Position numbers and translations under genes: made by a program
Part shown: one piece after another, positions 9,256-17,663 of the stretch
Position numbering within the stretch: the first letter of the stretch is position 1
How the letters are laid out: every line of letters starts with the position of its first letter
Assembly (NCBI RefSeq): GCF_000018105.1
Contig: NC_009925.1
Location: 4,920,001-4,952,000 of the forward strand
Source: Acaryochloris marina MBIC11017
GTDB taxonomy: Bacteria; Cyanobacteriota; Cyanobacteriia; Thermosynechococcales; Thermosynechococcaceae
Direction of reading: 5' to 3'
Length of the DNA stretch: 32,000 nt
Notes under the pieces: model-generated
What the model was told of the DNA's origin: nothing
The model's input: only the letters and a program-made list of their open reading frames with translations
Database searches by the model: none

Positions 9256-9828
9256 CTAACAGGGCACATACCTAAACCCTTTATTGGTGAGGAGTTCTAA
9301 AGTACTCAGTGGGCGAGAACAAAATCCCATCTCCATGGCTGGTGTGGTCTGCTTACTGAGTCCCCAATGGGGTCTAACCCAGTTATGAATCAGGCGTTGT
9401 ACGTCTAGCACTCGCTGTAACCCCAACCGCTTCTTAGCGTAGAGATTCTGCCGCCTTCGATAAGCACTACATCGTCTCCTCAAGGCAGCATTGTGAGCCT
9501 CATTATGATTGGCATGGATCTCAGACCTTGGACTGATAGCGGTAAAGGGATGCTCTGTTTTCACCCACTCTACTCGCCGATTCCCCTGAGACCCTTTAAC
9601 TTTCATCACGACTTCTAACCCTTCTCGCCAAACCTTGCGATGCCCATAGTCAGGATGACACTCATCACCTTTGAGATAGACACTGGCAAGCTGCCAAAGT
9701 TCTTGTCCATAACGCCTTTCACCATCGGTAAACCATCGAATCCCATCACAGGCTTTCACCCACTCCCAAGCTGAGTAAACGCCATTTGCAAAAAGTTGTG
9801 CATCCTTGAGGCCAGCTAGTGCTGTCAA
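9256..9828 (-). CDS. IS1-family transposase catalytic segment (InsB-like DDE region)
   Basis: This frame is open upstream to 9900 without a start codon. The sequence SQSQGWTIHFLERESRYWL...FTDGERRYG...NHNEAHNAALRRR resembles the IS1 InsB DDE region. The first catalytic-Asp motif (GDEVYTRVGKN) lies in a third frame between the two C7 runs. Confidence 0.75.
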   Translation of the reverse strand: MTALAGLKDAQLFANGVYSAWEWVKACDGIRWFTDGERRYGQELWQLASVYLKGDECHPDYGHRKVWREGLEVVMKVKGSQGNRRVEWVKTEHPFTAISPRSEIHANHNEAHNAALRRRCSAYRRRQNLYAKKRLGLQRVLDVQRLIHNWVRPHWGLSKQTTPAMEMGFCSRPLSTLELLTNKGFRYVPC

Positions 9829-9938
9829 CCAATAGCGGCTTTCGCGTTCAAGGAAGTGGATGGTCCAGCCCTGGGACTGGCTGGGGGGGAAGATTTTTGC
9901 CTACACGAGTGTATACTTCATCCCCTTCTACCGTCACA

Positions 9939-10253
9939 TCAGAGGCTGCTGGTGCGGGGGGGTGACCAGTTCTGTGCTTGGTCTGCTAGGCGTTTTTCCC
10001 AACGCATAATGGTGGTATGAGATTTACCAAAGGTACGACCTGCTGAACGGACCCCCATTCCTTCGGTGCGAGCTTTGATGGCATAGCTCACCACTGAACT
10101 AGCGGTGCGTAAACGAGCCATTGGGGTGCCTGTGCGTTCGTTGAAACGACGATTGCAATCCTTACACTGATATCGCTGGACTAATGTCCCATCTTGCAGA
10201 CTATCAAAGCCACGCTTAAGGATCTTCTCACTTTGACAGTATGGGCATTCCAT
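9939..10253 (-). CDS. IS1-family transposase N-terminal segment (InsA-like zinc finger plus HTH)
   Basis: 104 aa. MECPYCQSEKILKRGF...YQCKDCNRRFNERTG is a Cys4 zinc finger, followed by an HTH-like region (GKSHTTIMRWEKRL). The frame ends just after a C7 run. Confidence 0.8.
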   Translation of the reverse strand: MECPYCQSEKILKRGFDSLQDGTLVQRYQCKDCNRRFNERTGTPMARLRTASSVVSYAIKARTEGMGVRSAGRTFGKSHTTIMRWEKRLADQAQNWSPPRTSSL

Positions 10254-10990
10254 TGATCTACATCAGGTTCCGTCGAAGGCATTATAGCTAGATCCTGCTA
10301 ACAGACCAGTGCCATTCAATTCCCAGCAGATGTGCGTGCCTCCTACCGAATCCACAATGGTATGAGTGGTTCACAAGGATTTATCGACAATTGGCCAGAG
10401 TTTTATTCTTTATCCTCGATCCTTGAGCAGTGGGATTGCTGGAGAGATCTACTTGAGGCTGGAGAATTTCTAGAGTTTGAAAGCGAGCCAAAAGGCCCCA
10501 TCAAAACAGATTGGTGGAATATAAAATGGATTCCCTTATTGGGGAATAGAGGCGGTGATCACTGTTGTTTGGATCTTGATCCACTCCCAGATGGCCAGTT
10601 GGGGCAAATCATTACGATGTGGCATGATATTGGGGCCGAAGAGATTATTGCTCCCTCCTTTAAAAAACTTTTGGCGATCCTTGCAGATGATTTGAATGCA
10701 GGGGTTTATATATTTTCCGAAGAATTTGGTGAACTGGTGACTGTTACTGAATTTGAAGAGCGGAATGTAGAACAACGCAAACAAGAACATATGGGTCAGT
10801 TAGGCCAATTTTTAAAACGAGCCCAGTTTATAAAGCAGTACGGCAAGAATTCGTCTTGAAGCCTTTCTACAAAAACACCTGCGGAGCTGTTCTGCTCTTT
10901 TAGATTGATCAGTCAGCTTTAAAGAATGGAGAAGCATCCAGCAATATCCCTCTATTTCTAGCAATACATGTCTGCTCAACTTTTATCAGT

Positions 10991-11081
10991 GTAGTGCTGT
11001 GATGCCCTGAGGCTCTTTCATGTCTTACAGTTGTGCCAATCAGAACTAGTGGAGCTAGATGAAGAACTTCAATTTCTATAA
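10991..11081 (+). pseudogene. Diverged remnant of the 3' end of a CDP-alcohol phosphatidyltransferase-family gene (paralogous to 8993-9074)
   Basis: 10991-11022 matches 8993-9024 at 27/32 nt. The in-frame translation CCDALRLFHVLQLCQSELVELDEELQFL* aligns with WHCDVLSLFHALKLRQSELINSVEKG*. A stop codon sits immediately upstream (10992-10994), so this is only a fragment. Confidence 0.5.
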
Positions 11082-11109
11082 GACCTTGAGTGGCATCGGT
11101 CTCGCCTCA

Positions 11110-11646
11110 TTAACCAATCCAAAACCTAAACCGAATATGTCTGGACTCAACCTTACCTAAAAACGTTGAGAAGTCTTGCAGATCTTGAACCACATACGTT
11201 AGTAATTCACCACTATTCTGGACCTGCGAATGGGCAAAGACATCAGGATTCTCCTTCAAGTACTGGATCAGCCCATGCATCGTTTTCATCGCAATTCCAG
11301 CATCGGCAGCACTAAACCAGTCAGCCTGTCCTTCCAGTTCATGCAATGTAGTTCGCAAACATCGCCGATCATCCTCAAGCTCAGCCCTATCTAATTCATA
11401 TGCAGGGTTCAGTTCACCCAATGCATCAGCAATGTCCAGTTCATCTAGGGCTTCTAACCAATCTTTATAAATGTCAGGGTCTTCTATAACAAAATGACTT
11501 AACTGGGTTAATCCCTTATCTTTGGCTATTTGCTCCAATCTTTCCCATACTTTGGTGATGGCAAGAGTTTCACTAGGAGAATTCTCAGGTAAGGATTGCA
11601 TCCATCTCTCGCACTCAAGAGCAATACCAAAGGCGGCACTTGACAC
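11110..11646 (-). CDS. Hypothetical protein (acidic, 178 aa)
   Basis: A long ORF with coding-like composition and no domain I can name. GTG start; an internal ATG 15 codons downstream is an alternative start. Confidence 0.5.
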   Translation of the reverse strand: MSSAAFGIALECERWMQSLPENSPSETLAITKVWERLEQIAKDKGLTQLSHFVIEDPDIYKDWLEALDELDIADALGELNPAYELDRAELEDDRRCLRTTLHELEGQADWFSAADAGIAMKTMHGLIQYLKENPDVFAHSQVQNSGELLTYVVQDLQDFSTFLGKVESRHIRFRFWIG

Positions 11647-12021
11647 TCTCTAAGCCCTATCAATTCTGAGCATATACAGTCGAACCATTAGATACTAAGG
11701 TGGATTCAATTCTAGCTAAATGCGGAATGATCTTTGATTTGGCTTCAGGGTGGAGAGCGCAGAGAGTAATTCTAGGGAATTCATGACTTCCCCTAAAAAT
11801 GGCCAGAATACAGACATGCTCAGCGTGATGTATTGATTAGGGGGTAACCCAGCCTTGAGCAAGAGATACGAATTTGAAGCCTGTTGCAGAAAACGATGCA
11901 GTGCGATAGCGCAAAGACTGGATTCAATCTTGCTCTGTGGCGGATGGTTAATGCTGCGATTGACGGTTTTATAACCATTGAGCAAGCCTGACTAATGACG
12001 ATACAGCGCTTGTCAGATGAT

Positions 12022-13449
12022 AGTTATCGCTCTTTCATCACTCTAGGCAGATAAAAACGGCGTTTTCACCCCAGGCGCAGCCCTGGGTATGGCTCCATGG
12101 AGTTGATTCATCATCACAATCAATTGTGGAAATCCCAGTGATAATCTGGGAATGGGAAAAACCTCCAACCAAGGTTGAATCTGATCGAATAGAATCAACG
12201 ATTGTATTATCACTAACCTCAAGTTGTTGAGCAGATGTTTCCACCCTTTCCCTGTCTGCCAATATCGGTGCTGCGAAAACGTCTCTATCACAGGAGGGAC
12301 TTGCTGTTTCATGGATAATCCTGTCGGTAGTTCAAACCTATCAGAGTGAAGACTCACCATCAGGTACGCACTCATGACGACCTGCCACCATCGTTCAATC
12401 TGGTCATAATCCGTGACCCGAAAATCGGCCCAGCCTAACTCATTCTTGCTTTGCTTGAGACCATATTCGACCCAGTTTCTCAGACCATAGAAATTGCCTA
12501 TTTGGTGATATTTGACGCCTTCTATTTCGCTCATTACATACCAGGTAGAGGCTTTAGGTAAGTTTTGTGGATCAGTGGTAATATCCCAAAATTGTTGGGC
12601 AAGACGCTGACCATAAATGACTTCTCGGATATAGCGAGTTTCACAGGAACCGTCTGAAAAAACATGTTCAAATGCTCGCCAGCGATTACATCGAACCCGT
12701 TGTTCTTTCGGCAACCACAATCCATGATTGCTGCGAATGGCAACGACATAAGGAAGCTGCAATGCTTGCAAGTGGGAGACGAAGGTACTACCACTTTCGC
12801 CATACAAACTATCCGCAAGTACCAAATCAAATTGACAACCATGAGCAAGGAGCTCATCAATCATCGAAACCGCAATTTCAGGTTTGCTGTGATAGACATC
12901 TCCTGACTGGAGGCGACTCTTGGGTTTGTACACTCGAAACATTAACGGCAAGGTCATATGCTCCACTACTCCATAAGCCGTGACAGCAACGATGCCATTG
13001 TCAACTTTGCCTAAATTACCGAGATACTGGCGTTGAACGTAATCCGTCTGTTTGCCCTTTTTGCGGTCTTCTGTCTCATCAATGATCAAGGTGAGCGGTC
13101 GTCCCGAAAGTACTTGCAAGATCAGGTTAAGTCTTGCTTGTTCAAGGGCTGAGGGACGCCAAGGAGATTCTGTCAAAAAATGGAGGAGACCTTGTTCATT
13201 GGCGAGACCACAGATACGAGCAATGGCAGGAAGACTCTTGTGTTTAATGTCAGACATCATTCCCAGATGCAAGTATTTGAACGCTTCATAGCTTCTGACA
13301 TCTGTAAATAAAGGACGGTAGCACTGACAGTACTCATCAATGAAGGTCAAGGTGGTGGCGGCTGGACGTGGAGGAGTCATGAGCATCAAAACTCTTTGAC
13401 GGCGTTGAACTCATTATCCTCCTCCTAGAGTGATGAAAGAGCGATAACT
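12022..13449 (-). mobile_element. IS701-family insertion sequence with perfect 26-bp terminal inverted repeats
   Basis: agttatcgctctttcatcactctagg (12022-12047) is the exact reverse complement of 13424-13449. A single 448-aa transposase ORF fills the element, which is about 1.43 kb long. Confidence 0.85.
12043..13389 (-). CDS. IS701-family (IS4-like DDE) transposase
   Basis: 448 aa. The N-terminus (FIDEYCQCYRPLFTDVRSYEAFKYLHLGMMSDIKHKSLPAIARI...) and LIIDETEDRKKGKQTDYVQRQYLGNLGKVDNGIVAV are characteristic of IS701-type transposases. Confidence 0.9.
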   Translation of the reverse strand: MMLMTPPRPAATTLTFIDEYCQCYRPLFTDVRSYEAFKYLHLGMMSDIKHKSLPAIARICGLANEQGLLHFLTESPWRPSALEQARLNLILQVLSGRPLTLIIDETEDRKKGKQTDYVQRQYLGNLGKVDNGIVAVTAYGVVEHMTLPLMFRVYKPKSRLQSGDVYHSKPEIAVSMIDELLAHGCQFDLVLADSLYGESGSTFVSHLQALQLPYVVAIRSNHGLWLPKEQRVRCNRWRAFEHVFSDGSCETRYIREVIYGQRLAQQFWDITTDPQNLPKASTWYVMSEIEGVKYHQIGNFYGLRNWVEYGLKQSKNELGWADFRVTDYDQIERWWQVVMSAYLMVSLHSDRFELPTGLSMKQQVPPVIETFSQHRYWQTGKGWKHLLNNLRLVIIQSLILFDQIQPWLEVFPIPRLSLGFPQLIVMMNQLHGAIPRAAPGVKTPFLSA

Positions 13450-13767
13450 GCCAGATAATTACACCAGAAATTAAAATAATTTAATTTCACTAATTTTTTT
13501 GGAGTATAGTTTTCAGCTACTGAATATTGATAGATATTAAGCTGGAAAATAATTGTTTTCTGGATGAACAGATTAAATTACCCTTTCAAAAATATGAGAG
13601 CTTATCTACTGAAGTAGAGGAATCTCCAAGTGTTCCTAAGCCCATTTTTTCAAGGTACTTCTATTGAAGAATGTAATTCTGAGTCTATGCAAAAATTAGG
13701 GTTTTAGCTTATCCCAAACTCAGGTTAATTAGGCCATAACTGAGGTTCAGCTTAAAGGCAGAAGTGA

Positions 13768-15816
13768 ATGGAAAAAATACAGTATCCGCCCTCTCCCCGT
13801 GGTCAACACGTAGATAACTATCACGGAGAAATCGTTTCTGATCCCTACCGATGGCTTGAAGATCCTCAAAGTGCTGACACTCAAGCTTGGATTCAGGCCC
13901 AAAATGCTTTGACGTTTGAGTTTTTGGAATCCATACCAGAGCGATCGCAAATCTAATCCCGTCTCACTCAGTTGTGGAATTATGAAAAGCTGAGTGTTCC
14001 CTTGAAAAAAGGCGATCGCTATTTTTTCTCCAAAAATAATGGTCTCCAAAATCAAAGCGTGCTCTATTCTCGAAAGAGTTTGACTTCAGAGCCCGAAATG
14101 ATTCTCGACCCGAATCTCCTTTCCGAAGATGGCACGGTCGCCCTATCGGGATTAGCCCTGAGCGATAATGCTCAATATTTAGCCTATGGATTATCAGAAT
14201 CCGGTTCCGATTGGCAAACCTGGCACATTCGAGATCTATCCACAGGCGAAGATTTATCGGAGCAACTGCAATGGATTAAGTTCTCAGGGGCAGCGTGGAC
14301 CGCAGATCATCAGGGGTTCTTCTATGGGCGATACGATGAACCGGATGAAAATAATAAACTTGAAGGCGTTAACTATTATCAAAAGCTTTTTTACCATCGT
14401 TTAGGAACGCCCCAGTCGGCAGATCTGCTGATTTATGAACGGCCTGACCAAAAAGAATGGGGATTTCAAGCCGTCGTATCAGAAGATGGAGATTACCTCC
14501 TGATCCATGTGTGGCTGGGGACAGATGCCCGTAATTTATTGTTTTACAAAGATCTTAAATCGCCTGAATCTCCGGTTACTGAGTTAATTTCCATCTTTGA
14601 AGCGAGCTACAGTTTTATCGGCAATCAAAAGTCCCTGTTCTGGGTCAAAACGGATTTAAATGCACCTCGGGGGCGGGTGATTGCCATCGATCTTCATCAC
14701 CCTGACCAAGAACACTGGCAAACGATCATCTCTGAATCCGCCGATACCCTGGAAGGGATCGGTATTCTCAACCATCAATTTGTCGCAACCTACCTCAAAG
14801 ATGCGAGATCGCAAGTCAAATGCTTTGCCTTAGATGGGCAGGAGCTAGGAGAAGTATCGCTTCCTGGAGTCGGTAGTGTCAGCGGGTTCTATGGCAAGAC
14901 AACCGAAACGAAAACCTTCTACAGTTTCACGAGCTTTACGACACCGACCTCGATCTATCGTTTTGATCTAGAATCTGGTGAATCAACCCTCTACTGGCAA
15001 CCTCAGGTTGACTTTAATCCCACGGAGTATGAAACTCAGCAGGTCTTCTTTACCAGTAAAGATGGTACTCAAATTCCCTTATTTCTCAGCCATAAGAAAG
15101 GCTTGATCAAAGATGGGAAAACTCCTGTCTATCTCTATGGCTATGGGGGGTTTAATGTATTCCTGACTCCGTCTTTTTCCCCGGTTCAACTCGCCTGGAT
15201 GGAAATGGGCGGTATCTTTGCCCTACCCACATTACGGGGTGGAGGCGAATACGGTGAAGAGTGGCATCAGGCTGGGATGAAGCATCATAAGCAAACGGTT
15301 TTTGATGATTTTATTGCAGCTGCCGAGTATCTGATTACAGCAGGATATACCTGTACAGACAAATTAGCGATCGCAGGGGGAAGCAATGGAGGATTGTTGG
15401 TTGGAGCCTGTATGACACAACGGCCAGATTTATTTGGTGCCGCTTTGCCAGCGGTTGGCGTCATGGATATGTTGCGATTTCATCAGTTTACGATTGGCTG
15501 GGCTTGGTGTGCAGAATATGGTAGCTCCGAAAATGCCGAGGATTTCCCTGTCCTATATGCCTATTCCCCCTTACATAATCTCCAAGGGGACACCTCTTAC
15601 CCAGCTACTTTGATTACTACCGCAGACCACGATGATCGCGTTGTACCAGCTCATAGTTTCAAGTTTGCGGCTGCGCTCCAAGCCGCGCATTCAGGGATGG
15701 CTCCAACCTTAATTCGAATTGAAACGAAAGCAGGGCATGGTGCTGGTAAGCCAACTCAGAAACAGATAGAAGAAGCCAGCGATCGGCTTGCTTTTGTCAA
15801 GCATGTTTTAGCTTGA
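13768..15816 (+). pseudogene. Prolyl oligopeptidase (S9A prolyl endopeptidase) with a single in-frame TAA at 13954-13956
   Basis: ORFs 13768-13956 and 13972-15816 are in the same frame and read ...FLESIPERSQI*SRLTQLWNYEKLSVPLKKGDRYFF. The N-terminal DPYRWLED motif is present, as are the catalytic triad contexts GGSNGG, DHDDRV and GHGAG. Without the stop the protein would be about 682 aa. Confidence 0.85.
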
Positions 15817-16167
15817 ATTAGGGGATTGGTATTAGGCTTGATTGGTGCCACATCTAGTAAAATCGCATTGTCCGGCATTAGTTTCTGAACAGGATCTACA
15901 AGGTCGAACTGGGTTTTTGAGTAGACCTTTTGCAATCTTCATTTCACGATGGGCTATTCACTCAACCTATGCCGCAATCTGACTTGAATTTTTTAGTCCT
16001 CTACCCTGTCGTTAGCGGAATTATGCAAGAGGTCTAATCGTCATCAGAACAATAGTGAGCGATAAAATCCATTGAAATATAATTTATGAAATTAACCTGA
16101 TGGGTTCAAAGCAGATCTGAAGATTATGGCGTACCCTTGAAATAATCTAAAGAGATTTATCGTTCCT

Positions 16168-16539
16168 ATGTCAGAACCTGCAAGAACCGTCAGTATCTTT
16201 CATAAAGCCGATGCTCCCCTGTTTAAGAAAGCAGGAGAAACTATATTTGCAGAAGGTGAGGCCGGCGAAGTCATGTACGGGCTATTAACGGGAAAGGTCG
16301 ATTTAGTCGTCAAAGGCAAAGTCGTCGAAACCATTCAAGCAGGAGATGTCTTTGGAGAAGGGGCTTTAGTTCAACCCTCCGGGACGCGAGCCTCAACAGC
16401 CATTGCCCGGAGTGACTGTAGCCTGGTGTACTTGAATCAGGAGCGATTTCTATTTGCGATTCAAAACACCCCAATGTTTGCCATTGAAGTGATGCGAAGT
16501 TACTCCGATCGACTTCGCCGACTGAAGCATTTGATCTAG
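16168..16539 (+). CDS. Cyclic nucleotide-binding domain protein (stand-alone CAP-effector domain)
   Basis: 123 aa. The motif FGEGALV...RASTAIA is the cNMP-binding phosphate-binding-cassette signature. No DNA-binding domain follows. Confidence 0.8.
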   Translation: MSEPARTVSIFHKADAPLFKKAGETIFAEGEAGEVMYGLLTGKVDLVVKGKVVETIQAGDVFGEGALVQPSGTRASTAIARSDCSLVYLNQERFLFAIQNTPMFAIEVMRSYSDRLRRLKHLI

Positions 16540-16568
16540 CGTCCCTTCTTGAGTTACTCCTGATTGAG

Positions 16569-17660
16569 TTAATCCTGATACAGATAATTAATCACCGCCG
16601 TTGCCAGGGTATGGGTGCCATCTTTGGGCAAGGAGGTGTCTTTGCGTGGGGGCAGTAAAGGCTGAAAGAGGAATTCCCACTGGCTTTCGGTAAATTCGTT
16701 TTCTGCCAGCAAATAATGATGGTTATAGTCTTGTAGCCCGGTGAGTAGAAATTTCGCTTCGGCAAAATCATCCCTAGGGATGGAAATAATGGGAATATCC
16801 AGAAGACAGGCTTCGGAAAAGGTGCCATACCCCGGTTTGCTGATGATACGACCACATAGAGGCATCATATCTACGGGCCGATATTTGCTATCTGTCACTT
16901 TGATCAGGTTGCTATAGATATCTGGAGCAAGGCGATCAAAGGTAATAAATTGCCAATCAGGAAATTGCTGAAGGTTGCGGTAGGGAATCTTTGCCAGCCC
17001 CAAACCACCAAAGCTTAGCAGTACGGTTTTCTCGGGATCCGCCGTAATCCCAAACACGCGGCGTAATTCGAGGGTTGTATAGCGGGGTGAAGCGCCCGTC
17101 AAGCCAATATCAGTCACGTTTGCAAAAGCTGACATGGGTTCGTGAAAGGGGAGACGAAATAAGCGATCACATTTGCCGAAACACTCCCGCACCCATTCCA
17201 CAATCTCAGCAAAATCCTCTCCCCACTGTTCATAGATCAAATCCCAACCAAAGTTGCTGGCCATCCAGCAGGGTATTCCTGCTTTTTCAGCAATCACGCT
17301 CGCTAAGGGGGGAATATCTGCTAAAACGAGCTGAGCTCCCGTCTGCTTGATATAGTCCACCTCTGCATCGACCAACCGCTGTTGATAGGTTTGAATCTCC
17401 TGCAATTGCGTTAGGGTCGCCGGAATATTCATATTCAGGCCATCCTTCTGAATCACGCCAACATCGAAGACCCGCGAACGGTAAATAAAATCTCCAGGCA
17501 GGTAGGACTCAATCAGCCAGCGAGGGGCACTCGTCACCACAATCAACAGCACATCGGGGACCAACCGCTGAATTTCTGCTAAGACCGCTGCAGTACGAGT
17601 GGCATGACCGAAGCCATGATTCGTGATCGCTGCATATAACGTGGGTCGGGCCATCCTCAA
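16569..17660 (-). CDS. Glycosyltransferase (GT-B fold, GT1/GT28-like)
   Basis: 363 aa. The N-terminal ITNHGFGHATRTAAV motif and the C-terminal SKPGYGTFSEA region are typical of MurG/UDP-glycosyltransferase-like enzymes. Confidence 0.6.
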   Translation of the reverse strand: MRMARPTLYAAITNHGFGHATRTAAVLAEIQRLVPDVLLIVVTSAPRWLIESYLPGDFIYRSRVFDVGVIQKDGLNMNIPATLTQLQEIQTYQQRLVDAEVDYIKQTGAQLVLADIPPLASVIAEKAGIPCWMASNFGWDLIYEQWGEDFAEIVEWVRECFGKCDRLFRLPFHEPMSAFANVTDIGLTGASPRYTTLELRRVFGITADPEKTVLLSFGGLGLAKIPYRNLQQFPDWQFITFDRLAPDIYSNLIKVTDSKYRPVDMMPLCGRIISKPGYGTFSEACLLDIPIISIPRDDFAEAKFLLTGLQDYNHHYLLAENEFTESQWEFLFQPLLPPRKDTSLPKDGTHTLATAVINYLYQD

Positions 17661-17663
17661 CCT

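Larger units (their letters stand above)
9244..10313 (-). mobile_element. IS1-family insertion sequence (1070 bp) with 8-bp target-site duplication ATTCAATT
   Basis: The terminal inverted repeats are ggcactggtct(actaacagg) at 9244 and its complement at 10313; the first 11 bp are perfect and about 17/20 match overall. ATTCAATT is duplicated at 9236-9243 and 10314-10321. It contains InsA-like and InsB-like reading frames. Confidence 0.85.
9116..10859 (+). pseudogene. SMI1/KNR4 (SUKH-1) family gene interrupted by the IS1-family element
   Basis: The 5' part (9116-9243) encodes MQEIWERIHQGFAIHAPKLISCLQPGAAEEEIEHTEKLLGIQ. The 3' part (10322-10859) continues in frame as FPADVRASYRIHNGMSG... once the IS and one TSD copy are removed. 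The LLGIQFPADVRASYRIHNG region is the typical SMI1/KNR4 signature. Confidence 0.8.

Noticed and set aside
11716-11985. 89-codon minus-strand ORF between the 178-aa gene and IS701
   Set aside because: It has a TTG start, no recognisable motif and an odd composition. It could be a gene fragment or non-coding, and I cannot support it as a gene.
12534-13291. Several 67-108-codon ORFs inside IS701 (both strands), plus similar nested ORFs inside glmU, topA, nadE, eda and pncB
   Set aside because: All are fully embedded in or antisense to long ORFs with strong family signatures. None has an independent motif or translation signals.
13467-13488. Inverted repeat with 9-bp arms, gaaattaaa-ataa-tttaatttc, next to the IS701 right end
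   Set aside because: It consists entirely of A and T within a very AT-rich intergenic region, where such palindromes arise easily by chance. Nothing supports a function.
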